Origin: a virus
Lineage: Duplodnaviria > Caudoviricetes
IMG/VR virus record: IMGVR_UViG_3300043220_000040
Span: 1 to 43,053 of that record
Length of the DNA: 43,053 nucleotides
Direction: 5' to 3' (one strand)
Shown here: piece after piece, positions 7,102 through 15,527 of the stretch
Position numbering within the stretch: position 1 is the stretch's first letter
How the letters are laid out: each line of letters opens with the position of its first letter
Notes under the pieces: generated by a model
The model's database searches: none
What the model saw: the letters and a program-made list of their open reading frames with translations, nothing else
Told to the model about the DNA's origin: nothing
Program-made: the position numbers and the translations under genes

Positions 7102-7950
7102 CTACCCCGCCAGCGCTGCTCCCGCCTCAGAGACCTTCGCCTCTAGTTCCGCTACCCGCTCGGCCAACTCCGGCGGCAGCGGGGGGATCAGTTCGGGTGC
7201 CGTAGCATGCTCTGCCGCGTGCTGCTCTAGCCAGCCTTGCTGAAGCTCGTTGATCCGTTTCTGAAGTTCGAGTGCGCCCTGCTGTAGCCCGTTCTCCGCT
7301 GTGAGGCGAGCCACATCTTGGCGTAGGTCCTCAATAGCGCTCATGTCGTCCTCCTCCTCGATCCAGTCCATGTCAAAGCTGTTGCGGTCTACCGTAATAC
7401 CCGCCAGGGGTACGCTGCCCGCATACTGCTCACCGATCACCTTGTCCAGCGTCCAGCCGCCGTAGGACGCGCTGGCGAAGTCAATGTCCGGGTCGCCATC
7501 ATAGTAGGCGTTCCAGAGAGGGATTGCCTGGAAGCCCTGACGGTCGCCAAAGTGATCCCGCCACCACCAGCGAGCCGTATAGATGCAGGGTCGCTTGTTC
7601 AGGCGCCGGACTTCCTCGATAGCCGCCATGATGGTGATTGTCGTGATGCCGTCGATCTCGCAATCGATGGCGACGAAGCAGAGTTTGTCCCACATGCGGC
7701 CGCAGGCCTTACGCCCTTGCTCGACGGCGCGGCGCCCGCCGCCGGCATTCAGCGCGACATAGGTGGCGACCTTTAGGCCGGCGGCATCAGCGCGGATTAG
7801 ATTCCCTTCTGCATACGGGTTCGCGCTCAGGCCATGCCAGGAGCCGACAACCGCGAGACGCTGGCCCAGCTGGTATAGTTCACGCCACTTGGCCTCGCTC
7901 ACGCTACCCTGATAGACGCTGATGTCGATGCCTTCGGTCCAGCGGATCAT
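7102..7950 (-). CDS. Endolysin, GH25 muramidase with C-terminal coiled coil
   Basis: GIDISVYQG, AIDCE (DxE), PCIYT, LWNAYY, QY, VDRN motifs. Confidence 0.9.
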   Translation of the reverse strand: MIRWTEGIDISVYQGSVSEAKWRELYQLGQRLAVVGSWHGLSANPYAEGNLIRADAAGLKVATYVALNAGGGRRAVEQGRKACGRMWDKLCFVAIDCEIDGITTITIMAAIEEVRRLNKRPCIYTARWWWRDHFGDRQGFQAIPLWNAYYDGDPDIDFASASYGGWTLDKVIGEQYAGSVPLAGITVDRNSFDMDWIEEEDDMSAIEDLRQDVARLTAENGLQQGALELQKRINELQQGWLEQHAAEHATAPELIPPLPPELAERVAELEAKVSEAGAALAG

Positions 7951-7951
7951 C

Positions 7952-8287
7952 TCAGCCCGTCCTTTCCATCATTCGGCTTGACCACTTACCCTTCCAGAGC
8001 TTGCGGCACAGGGCGTGGATGGCCTCAGCGGGAAACTGCCGGCAGGAGAACACGTCCGCGAAGGCGCGGTCCGCCTGGATGTGGACGGAGACGTGCGACT
8101 CGGCGATGACGACGAACCCGATCTGCGGGATGTCATGCCCAGCGCCAAGACGCTCTCCCAGGCTGATGAACGGCTTGCTAATGGCCGTCAGCCCCGTGAT
8201 CTCGACGGCTCTGTGCAGGAAGGTCTCGATGTCGCCGCGCTGGCGCCTGATACGGAGCCCGTCGAGGGTGAGGTGGTAGCCGGTCAC
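7952..8287 (-). CDS. speD: S-adenosylmethionine decarboxylase proenzyme
   Basis: GYHLTLD...VIAE|SHVSVH...ADVFSC pyruvoyl self-cleavage motif; likely GTG start at 8287. Confidence 0.85.
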   Translation of the reverse strand: MTGYHLTLDGLRIRRQRGDIETFLHRAVEITGLTAISKPFISLGERLGAGHDIPQIGFVVIAESHVSVHIQADRAFADVFSCRQFPAEAIHALCRKLWKGKWSSRMMERTG

Positions 8288-8379
8288 GTGACCGCCTCGA
8301 GCGCGACCATTACCCACTCTCTAGCCCAGTAGAGAAACCAGCCCAGGATGTAGAGATAGGTCACGGCGCACTGGGTCAT
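8284..8379 (-). CDS. 31-aa hydrophobic peptide in the lysis cassette
   Basis: MTQCAVTYLYILGWFLYWAREWVMVALEAVT; SD GGAGG; GTGA coupling to speD. Confidence 0.5.
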   Translation of the reverse strand: MTQCAVTYLYILGWFLYWAREWVMVALEAVT

Positions 8380-8381
8380 GG

Positions 8382-8657
8382 CTAACCTCCTCTCTTCGGC
8401 AGCCGTTCCTCAAGAATGATCCGGCTGGCTTTCACCTCGTCACTCACGTCGCCCATCGTCTCTTCGATGCGGCCTAGCGCCTCATGGATAGGTTGCAGCG
8501 CCAGGCTGGGATTGCCCAGACCGTAGGGGCATTGCGACTCCGCATCCTGTGTCTTCTTGTCGTTCCGCCCGTTCCGCCGCAGAAGGACGCCCACGAGCCC
8601 TATGAGACCCAGGATGATCGGGACGGTAGCCCCTAGCAGTATGCCTTCGGTCTCCAT
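8382..8657 (-). CDS. Holin-like single-TM protein
   Basis: N-terminal TM, basic RRNGR, coiled-coil C-terminus; upstream of the endolysin. Confidence 0.55.
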   Translation of the reverse strand: METEGILLGATVPIILGLIGLVGVLLRRNGRNDKKTQDAESQCPYGLGNPSLALQPIHEALGRIEETMGDVSDEVKASRIILEERLPKRGG

Positions 8658-9013
8658 TACCGCGTCGCCGCCTGCCTCAAGATCGCCTCGCCGAAAGACA
8701 GCACCGTCTCCAAGCCATCGTCGGTGCGGCGCAGGGTATGGAAATATGTGCCGGGTGAAAGCGAGAGCGTGTCAGCGTCGGCTATCGTCACCTCGCACAG
8801 ACCGTTTGGCCCATCGGTGATCGTGATGCCAGAGCCGGTCGTCTTGGTGATAGCCGCCGTAGCTGTTGCTGGCCGCTCTCGCATGACCCACTCAAGAGCA
8901 TAGCCGGTGATGTCGACTACGGCGTCGTTCTCATCCAGGACGGTAAAGCGCAGCGTCCGGTCCTCGCCAATGAACCAATGATCAGTCTGTTGGATCGGTG
9001 CTTCTTCGCTCAT
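8657..9013 (-). CDS. BppU-N-like virion beta-sandwich protein
   Basis: GEDRTLRFTV...VVDITG...ITITD..NG...VTI...DT..L..GTY pattern. Confidence 0.7.
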   Translation of the reverse strand: MSEEAPIQQTDHWFIGEDRTLRFTVLDENDAVVDITGYALEWVMRERPATATAAITKTTGSGITITDGPNGLCEVTIADADTLSLSPGTYFHTLRRTDDGLETVLSFGEAILRQAATR

Positions 9014-9219
9014 GCTTCCCTCGCTGCTAGCTCGATGACGGGCGTCTCGGACGCGGCCAGCTCGACCACCGGCGTCTCAGAGGCCGCGAGCGTGATGATC
9101 GGTGTCTCGGACGCCTCGAGTTCGATTGCCGCAACGACGGCAGGTACGCCGCCGCTTATCGCCAAGGGCGTGAACGCTTGGCCGAAACTCCCCAGCGTCC
9201 GGCCTCTGACAGCGGGCAT
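9010..9219 (-). CDS. 69-aa adaptor-like protein: SFGQAF motif plus 10-aa repeats
   Basis: N-terminus matches 9223-9426; C-terminus has ELAASETPVI-type repeats x3 plus a partial copy. Confidence 0.75.
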   Translation of the reverse strand: MPAVRGRTLGSFGQAFTPLAISGGVPAVVAAIELEASETPIITLAASETPVVELAASETPVIELAAREA

Positions 9220-9222
9220 TCA

Positions 9223-9426
9223 TCATCCTCCAGCCGGTGCGAGAGCTGGGCTTTGGAGCTCGATGTTCCATTTCCCTGGTCGCTCCCACCAGGCGGGGTT
9301 CGTCGGGATGCCCCAGCCCCGGACACGGAAGGGCTGACCAGCGACTACCGCCGGCCCGCCGCTCACAGTCAGCGGCATGAAGGCTTGTCCGAAGGAGCTA
9401 GGCGTTCGTCCGTTGACAGCGGCCAT
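9223..9426 (-). CDS. 67-aa adaptor-like protein: SFGQAF motif plus GQP..RPGxWN motif
   Basis: Shares its N-terminus with 9010-9219 and its C-terminal motif with 11092-12342. Confidence 0.75.
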   Translation of the reverse strand: MAAVNGRTPSSFGQAFMPLTVSGGPAVVAGQPFRVRGWGIPTNPAWWERPGKWNIELQSPALAPAGG

Positions 9427-9427
9427 C

Positions 9428-9622
9428 TCAATGCTCCAAAGTTATGGGCCGCTTGCCGTCTGTCGGCTGCCCCTCAAGCGGCCGTATCTGCACGTCCATC
9501 TCAAACTTCGATTGCAAGAGCCGTCCGGTGACGCTGACGCCCATGAGCGCCTGCGCCCTGACGTGCTCTTCCGATGGCCCCTCAAGTTCTCCCGTAACGA
9601 CGACGGCGTATCGGTATCGCAT
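9428..9622 (-). CDS. Hypothetical protein
   Basis: Fills the gap in the operon with tight spacing. Confidence 0.6.
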   Translation of the reverse strand: MRYRYAVVVTGELEGPSEEHVRAQALMGVSVTGRLLQSKFEMDVQIRPLEGQPTDGKRPITLEH

Positions 9623-9624
9623 CC

Positions 9625-10827
9625 CTACACCCCGACCACGAGCTCGTCAATCGGATCGGCGCTGGCGTTGACGGTGATGGTCTGCGACATGTGCAGGGTA
9701 GCGCCATCCGTGCGGTAGACCTTCAACGTCCCGGCATCGTCCACGATCCGACTCACCGCCTTCAGGACGGCCGTCGTGAGCGAGTGCAGAGGCGCCGTGG
9801 CCTCCACCTGGTCGATGTCCCGCTTCAGGATCGCGTCGGCGATTTCGGTGGCGGCGTCTGCTGCCAGCGCATCGGCGTCGACGGCGTCGGTAGCGATGGC
9901 GGCTGCGGTGACTACGTTAGCGGCCATCGCCCCCGCGCTGGCATCGACGCGACCGCTAACAAGCGCATTGACCGTCGATCCCAACCACTGCCGCACGTCC
10001 ACAGCATTGGCGGGTAGTATCTCGTAGGTGTTGGTGGTAATCGCCTGCGTGAAATCTGGGGCGACTGTGATCGTGTCGGTGGCAGGATTGAAGCCGGTGA
10101 TGAGTCGCACCTGACCGGCGGCGGACCCCGACGTGATGAGGAGCCAGCATCCCTTCCAGTAATCGGTATCGGCCTCGGTGAGAGCCGCATCTACCAAGGT
10201 CGAGGCGGAGCCACTGTCGGCAGTTCCATTCGCCAGCGACCTGAGCTTCGTCACCGCGTCAGCCGCGAGAGCGTCGGCGTCGATGGCTCCGGTAGCTATT
10301 GCGGTGGCGTCGATGGCACCAGCCGCGAATGTCGCAGCATCGATGGCCGCGTTAGCGATAGCCGCCGCCGTCACAACGTTCGCTGCCATTGCCCCTACGC
10401 TGGTGTTCACCCGCTGAGAGACCAGAGCGAGGGGAGCCGTACCTAGCCACTCCTTCAGATCGCTGTGTACCATGCCGTCGGTTTCGACTACGAAACTCCG
10501 GCCAGAGGTGGCTGGGTAGGCCAGATCGACAAGCTGACGGGTGACGGTGTACATGAGGTTCACCGCCGTTTTCGCCCCGCCGGTGCTGGTCTTGGTGATG
10601 GTCATCACCCGGTCGAAGTTCATCTCGCCCGCCGTGAGACTGACCTTGTAGCAGCCGGACGACGTAGCGATCTCTGTCGCCTCGTTGGTGGCATCAGCGA
10701 ACGTACCGCCGTCTCCGCTTAGCTCCGTGTCCAACGCCGCAGCCGCCGTTACCAGGTCGCCGTCGGCGTCGTAGATCGGGAATTGCAGCTCAAATGCTGC
10801 GTTCTTTTTCGCGGGCCAGTCAGCCAT
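9625..10827 (-). CDS. Fiber/appendage protein with Ala-rich repeats and an internal duplication
   Basis: Two copies of WLG...ALVS.RV..S.GAMAANVVTAAAIA, AIDA-type pentapeptide repeats, central GTA.SGS...DYWKG...G.GQVRLIT domain. Confidence 0.75.
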   Translation of the reverse strand: MADWPAKKNAAFELQFPIYDADGDLVTAAAALDTELSGDGGTFADATNEATEIATSSGCYKVSLTAGEMNFDRVMTITKTSTGGAKTAVNLMYTVTRQLVDLAYPATSGRSFVVETDGMVHSDLKEWLGTAPLALVSQRVNTSVGAMAANVVTAAAIANAAIDAATFAAGAIDATAIATGAIDADALAADAVTKLRSLANGTADSGSASTLVDAALTEADTDYWKGCWLLITSGSAAGQVRLITGFNPATDTITVAPDFTQAITTNTYEILPANAVDVRQWLGSTVNALVSGRVDASAGAMAANVVTAAAIATDAVDADALAADAATEIADAILKRDIDQVEATAPLHSLTTAVLKAVSRIVDDAGTLKVYRTDGATLHMSQTITVNASADPIDELVVGV

Positions 10828-11080
10828 CGCTCTTTACCTCCTCCACGCTCTCGAGGAGCGACGGCCTCAGGTTCGAGACAGTCGCCTGGGCTCCCTTCGC
10901 TCGTCTTAGCCACTCGGAGCCTGACCCATCGCTAGTGTCCATAGCCACGGTCAGGAACTCCGTGTCTTGCGGATCGCCCTTCGGGACCTTGTCTCTGCCG
11001 AGGAAGATGCCCTCGAACGTCCCCTTGCGCTGATGGACGAACCGGTATCGGTGCCTCTTCGTGAGCTTCGGACTCTCCAT
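10820..11080 (-). CDS. Hypothetical small beta protein
   Basis: Strong SD AAGGAGGT; possible SH3/Sm-like fold. Confidence 0.7.
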   Translation of the reverse strand: MESPKLTKRHRYRFVHQRKGTFEGIFLGRDKVPKGDPQDTEFLTVAMDTSDGSGSEWLRRAKGAQATVSNLRPSLLESVEEVKSDG

Positions 11081-11091
11081 GTATTACCTCC

Positions 11092-12342
11092 TTAGTTCCA
11101 TCGTCCTGGCCGGTCGCGGGCTCCCGGCGCCGTGGGAACACCCTGAGTGCGAATCATTGTGGGCTGGCCCGCCACTGCTACCGTAATCTCCACCGAGTTG
11201 ACCTTGTTGACGAACAGGTCGAGCAGGTCGGCATTGAAAAACACTGGCTCGAACCGGCCAGCGGCACTGCCAGGCGTGGAGTGGCCCGCATCAATATACC
11301 TCTCGTCGTCAGCCGCACCCTCTTGATACGCTGTCTGAGCTCCCCAAGTGCCCGCTCCGTCATCGGACTTCTTGTAGAACGCGGTGAGCGTGGACTGCCA
11401 AGTCTCGCTCCCGTCCTCGTCGCCCAGGTAGGCACAATAGAGATCGTCATTGTTTTGGTCTATAAACAGCGCCGCCCCCACACAATCGTCAGAGTCCGTG
11501 ACCACATCCGTCTTCGCCGTGATCGTCGGCGTAGCTAGAGTGATATCCCAAACCTTCAGGTCAGCCGTAGCGCTGTCAATATTACTCCAAGCAGCAACAA
11601 TGATGTGTCCGTCGGAGTGGCGGACAACCGCACTCATCTGCATGATCAAGTTCGTGTCGGACATGCTGCCTGAGATCGAAGTCTCACCCCAAGAGTTCCC
11701 TGAGTCGTCATACTTCTTGATGCTGATCTCGTTGGCTGATCTGTCCCAGTAGATCATCACAATGTCTTGGTTGTCGGCCGAATCGTCGTCAGGAAGGCAG
11801 ATAACTTCGTCAGGAGCGTCGCCGTCAGCACCATCGGTTCGAGAAGTCCAAGCGACGCCAGCATCAACCGAACGGTAGAAGCCCCGTTCACCGGCCGTAT
11901 CGCCCCAGAACTGAACATACAGATTGCCGCCTACAGCCTTAGTCCCGCTAACCGCATGAGATGTTCTGTCGAAAGTGCTGCTAAAGGATGTCCCCGCGAA
12001 CACAATTCTATCCGTCCCCAATGTATCCGTCGAAGTGTCGAGACTCCGATAGTGGAGATCATCACTGGTACTCTCAAGCCACCAGACATGAATGAGGGTG
12101 CCACTATCGCCAGGAGTCCACTTATCGAACCAGATGTCTAGGCTTATTGCGGTAGTTGCATCGATCAACACAGAGGCCGCCCAGCTTGCGCCGCCATCCG
12201 TGGTTTTTCTGTACCTCACATCGTTGGCCGAGTTTATGAAGAATATGTAGCCGGTGTCCTCATCGGTCCAGACGGGGCCTGACCGCTGCGCCCGAAGCTG
12301 GAATCCCGCAAATACTCCTGTATCGACTGCTACATCAGCCAT
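11092..12342 (-). CDS. BNR/Asp-box beta-propeller (sialidase-fold), putative receptor-binding protein
   Basis: Asp-boxes KTTDGGASW, RSVDAGVAW, KSDDGAGTW; visibly lower GC than the flanks. Confidence 0.75.
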   Translation of the reverse strand: MADVAVDTGVFAGFQLRAQRSGPVWTDEDTGYIFFINSANDVRYRKTTDGGASWAASVLIDATTAISLDIWFDKWTPGDSGTLIHVWWLESTSDDLHYRSLDTSTDTLGTDRIVFAGTSFSSTFDRTSHAVSGTKAVGGNLYVQFWGDTAGERGFYRSVDAGVAWTSRTDGADGDAPDEVICLPDDDSADNQDIVMIYWDRSANEISIKKYDDSGNSWGETSISGSMSDTNLIMQMSAVVRHSDGHIIVAAWSNIDSATADLKVWDITLATPTITAKTDVVTDSDDCVGAALFIDQNNDDLYCAYLGDEDGSETWQSTLTAFYKKSDDGAGTWGAQTAYQEGAADDERYIDAGHSTPGSAAGRFEPVFFNADLLDLFVNKVNSVEITVAVAGQPTMIRTQGVPTAPGARDRPGRWN

Positions 12343-12629
12343 CAGGCGTCACCCTCTAGACGGTCGTTGATGTCCTGGTGGATCATCGCCTCACTCGCCA
12401 GCATCTCGGCGTACCAGCCCTTGAACAACATCTGGCGGGTGGCGAGGTCGGCATCGCTGAGATTCGCCGCAACGTCCGCGTCGCCCAGCTTCTCAAGGAG
12501 GGTGGGCAACTCGCGGTAGACATCCAGGTACAGTTGCTCACCACGGGCACGCAGAGCCCTCTTAGCGGCTTTATCGTCCGCACGGGTGTCCACGTAGGCG
12601 TTGAAGGCAGCGAGGCCCGGACTAGCCAT
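12342..12629 (-). CDS. Small helical protein, paralog of 12622-12864
   Basis: FNAYVDTR...DKAA...NLSDADLATR. Confidence 0.7.
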   Translation of the reverse strand: MASPGLAAFNAYVDTRADDKAAKRALRARGEQLYLDVYRELPTLLEKLGDADVAANLSDADLATRQMLFKGWYAEMLASEAMIHQDINDRLEGDA

Positions 12630-12864
12630 CAGACGCCTCCACCGAGTCCAGGTAGCGTTGCATCATGGCAACGCGCCCCGCCATCTCTGTGTCGGATGGG
12701 TTGTCCAGCAGCGCCGCGTCCAGGTGCTCCTTGGTATGCTCTACCGCCTCACGCACGGCAGCGCGGGCTAGGGTGGCCCCCACGCCCTTGATCGCCGCCT
12801 TGTCGGCTACGGCGCCAGAGCGTCCGTCAACGTAGGTGTTGAAGTTGGTGAGCGAGCCGAGCAT
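12622..12864 (-). CDS. Small helical protein, paralog of 12342-12629
   Basis: FNTYVDGR...DKAA...NPSDTEMAGR. Confidence 0.7.
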   Translation of the reverse strand: MLGSLTNFNTYVDGRSGAVADKAAIKGVGATLARAAVREAVEHTKEHLDAALLDNPSDTEMAGRVAMMQRYLDSVEASDG

Positions 12865-13166
12865 CAGCTTCTAGCCTCCAATGTCTCTCCCCGCCTTATC
12901 TTTCGCCAGAAGGCGAGCCGCTTCAGCAGCCCGCTCCCGTTCGGGTAGACGACCAGCCGCCCCAGCGTCAGCTTCAGCCCACAATGGGCACAGGGCGCAT
13001 ACTCGCGCTGGCTGCCCACGCGGGCCAGGCGCCGTTCGCGCTCGCCGATGTAGGTGCGCTGGCGGCATCGGGGGCAGTCCAGTTCCAGCCACCTAAGCTG
13101 CCGGCGGCCAGGAACGACACTCACCGCGCCCTGCTGTGGCCCCTCGAACTCACGTAGCGGCGTCAC
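12864..13166 (-). CDS. Basic Zn-ribbon protein
   Basis: CPRC...CAHC; GTG start after GAGGAG. Confidence 0.6.
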   Translation of the reverse strand: MTPLREFEGPQQGAVSVVPGRRQLRWLELDCPRCRQRTYIGERERRLARVGSQREYAPCAHCGLKLTLGRLVVYPNGSGLLKRLAFWRKIRRGETLEARS

Positions 13167-13251
13167 GTGAACTCCTCTCAACGAGCTGTTCAAGTTGCAC
13201 ATCTGATCCACTGTCTAGGGCATCTGAGTCGAAGGTCTTGAGGATTAGCAT
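13150..13251 (-). CDS. Possible 33-aa coupling peptide
   Basis: ATG directly after the upstream TAG; MLILKTFDSD... Confidence 0.3.
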   Translation of the reverse strand: MLILKTFDSDALDSGSDVQLEQLVERSSRDAAT

Positions 13252-14730
13252 CTAGAACAGCTCCCCCCACGTCAACGAAGCCGAAGCCTCATGGGACGAC
13301 CCACTGACCGCCTCGGCAGTGATGGTGACGTGCTCGCCGGGATTCAGCTTCTTGTCGAGTTCATCAACGTTGATCAGTAGAGAGTCCGTTTTCCCCAGCG
13401 TTACCGTCAAGGCTTCTCGGCCGGTCCCCGAAGTCACCCCCGTTGCAGCGACATCGGTGGAGATCACCGAGACGGCAGCATCCACGTCCGCGAAGGCAAC
13501 TGGTCCCTCCAGCGTGGACTGGATGCGTATCCTGAAGATGATGGCCTTAGTAGCGTCGGTGGCCAGAGAGATGAACTCGGGCCTCACCCGGACGCGGTTG
13601 ATCTCGCCTTGGTGGATCAGGTTGTCCTTGATGGAGAGTATCGGCGTCTCCGTCGTCCCCAACCCGGTTATGGCATTCGACGCCCCGTGAAGGACGGAGT
13701 CCTCTACGATGTGCCCTTCGGCGAAGCCCGCCATCGAAGAGGTCTTGACAGTCAGGTTGCTCGTGTTCGACGTGTTCTCCGCCGTCACGTGGAGAGGCAA
13801 TGTCGGGTTCTGGAGAGACGGGCTAGTGTTGGCGTTAGCGAATTGGATGGTGTGAACTGTGTGGTACTCACCGCTCCCGGGCTCCTCTATAGCGAAGGAG
13901 ATGAGGCCGAAACCGAGCCACTGGTAGCGGATCTGAAACACGTTGCCCTTCGTTGGGTCGAGGACGGGGAGGGAGCCACTACCATCTGCCACATCCTGGT
14001 TCCATGAGGACTGGGCAATCCAGGTCTCCGTCGCTGCGACGCCAGCGACCGTCTCGGCGAACGTCCCTGCTACGCCCGTCGTATCCGTATCCACAAGCGA
14101 GAAGGTGCCAGTCTTGTCGCCGTCGCTCCAGGCTTTGAAGATCACGGTGGCGTTGTGGACGCTCGCACTCCAGCCGCCGCCGGTGTCGGAGAAGTCCGCA
14201 GCGGCTATTTTTACTGCCACCTCCCGCGCGCTATCACCACTGACGACCGCGACGGTCTTGGCCACCCCATCAAGATTGATGGTGATGTCGCCCGATGCCG
14301 TGACCGCCCCGCTGGTAATGGTTACGGTCTGGACTTCGGGCTTGCCCTTCTCCCGGCGGAGGATGGAGAACGTCGCGCCGTTGTAGCCGAAGAATAGCCC
14401 ATCGCCGACGTCCCCGATTCCGGCCAACTGGCGGGAGTTAGCCACGCCCGTTGTGAAGAGAGCCGTGAAGCGGACTAACGCGCCCTGGCCCGGCTCGTAC
14501 TTCAGCGCAGTCTTGGAGAGCATGTGGGCACCTGAGTTGGCTGCCGCACCGCTCTGCACCACCGCCATGCCGTCAGCCTGGGTGATCGTGCCCGAAGCGT
14601 TCTCCTGCTTCTCGATCAGTTCGGTGTTGATGTTGTATGGGAATTGGAGCTGGACAACCGGTGTGGGCTGGGCTACCAGCGCCTCCCCGAAGGCCGCTCT
14701 CTGTGGTTTGTCTACGAGTAGATGACTCAT
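13252..14730 (-). CDS. Large beta-rich virion protein (lectin/jelly-roll-like)
   Basis: AFGEALVAQPTP...YEPGQG...W..D..DGSG...LDPTKGN.FQI.YQWLGFG...W.E motifs of a widespread environmental phage structural family. Confidence 0.65.
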   Translation of the reverse strand: MSHLLVDKPQRAAFGEALVAQPTPVVQLQFPYNINTELIEKQENASGTITQADGMAVVQSGAAANSGAHMLSKTALKYEPGQGALVRFTALFTTGVANSRQLAGIGDVGDGLFFGYNGATFSILRREKGKPEVQTVTITSGAVTASGDITINLDGVAKTVAVVSGDSAREVAVKIAAADFSDTGGGWSASVHNATVIFKAWSDGDKTGTFSLVDTDTTGVAGTFAETVAGVAATETWIAQSSWNQDVADGSGSLPVLDPTKGNVFQIRYQWLGFGLISFAIEEPGSGEYHTVHTIQFANANTSPSLQNPTLPLHVTAENTSNTSNLTVKTSSMAGFAEGHIVEDSVLHGASNAITGLGTTETPILSIKDNLIHQGEINRVRVRPEFISLATDATKAIIFRIRIQSTLEGPVAFADVDAAVSVISTDVAATGVTSGTGREALTVTLGKTDSLLINVDELDKKLNPGEHVTITAEAVSGSSHEASASLTWGELF

Positions 14731-15335
14731 AAGATATGCCACTCACTCCCATCGGAGATTAGCTTAAGGGCATTATACTGCGTGGAGATGACTTGGGTAT
14801 TCTCACCATCTATCGTCTCTGCACCGTCGCCGGCGACGGTGACAGCGTTGACCGTCGCATCGATCTTCTTGATGTAGAACACCTTGCCCGCCCTCCCCAC
14901 CGCTGTCGGCAGCGTGACGGTGAACGTCCCCGCCGCGGCGTCACAGAGGATCACGGTGTCGGAGTCGGTCGCGGTGTAGGCTACAGTCTTGGTGACGAGG
15001 GCCAGCGACTCTGTCTGATCACCTTCCAAATCATTGATCGCGCTGTGGATTTCGCTCATCGCTTCTGCCGTGATATGCAGTCGCACGTTCGCCCCAGCCA
15101 GATGGGCAGCCGGCGACGTGCCTTCCTCGCCACGGCTGAGGCTTGAGAGGACGTCGCCCGACCGCCCCTCGACCTGTAGAATCTCATCATCGCTAGTGAT
15201 GCGGAACGGGAATGTGCTGGGGAATTCGGCTCCCTCTCCAGCCTGCAGCGTAAGCGAGACAGCAACATCGGAGATACCAGCGACCAAGGTTCCGGCAGCG
15301 CGATTAGCTGTCTTGAGAAAAATCGTCGCTGTCAT
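14727..15335 (-). CDS. Short tail fiber/baseplate protein with T4 gp9/gp10-like C-terminal domain
   Basis: N-terminal N.A.TL...FP...EI..V...RG.EGT...H.AG domain; C-terminal D..I.CDA.AGTFTVTLP...TIDG...SDG..W. Confidence 0.7.
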   Translation of the reverse strand: MTATIFLKTANRAAGTLVAGISDVAVSLTLQAGEGAEFPSTFPFRITSDDEILQVEGRSGDVLSSLSRGEEGTSPAAHLAGANVRLHITAEAMSEIHSAINDLEGDQTESLALVTKTVAYTATDSDTVILCDAAAGTFTVTLPTAVGRAGKVFYIKKIDATVNAVTVAGDGAETIDGENTQVISTQYNALKLISDGSEWHIL

Positions 15336-15526
15336 TCGACTCTCTTCTGATTGCCGCGTTCTACGGCCTCGTGCAACATGCGCTCGAAAGTCTGGGGCGG
15401 AGCCGCGAACGCGAGGCGAAAGATTGCGGCGTCAGGCGGCACGTCGGGCTGAACGAATGCCACATCCTCATCATAGAGGGCTTCATCGTACAGGACGTGA
15501 TCATAGAGGGCCAGAACGCCAGCCAT
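15332..15526 (-). CDS. 64-aa adaptor-like protein: LYD x3 plus shared C-terminal motif
   Basis: LYDHVLYDEALYDE; last 33 aa match the C-terminus of 15528-16220. Confidence 0.75.
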   Translation of the reverse strand: MAGVLALYDHVLYDEALYDEDVAFVQPDVPPDAAIFRLAFAAPPQTFERMLHEAVERGNQKRVE

Positions 15527-15527
15527 C

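Noticed and set aside
9010-12342. Diversity-generating retroelement or invertible shufflon behind the shared motifs
   Set aside because: No reverse transcriptase or invertase. The similarity is at protein level with diverged codons, not adenine-specific, and there are no inverted crossover sites.
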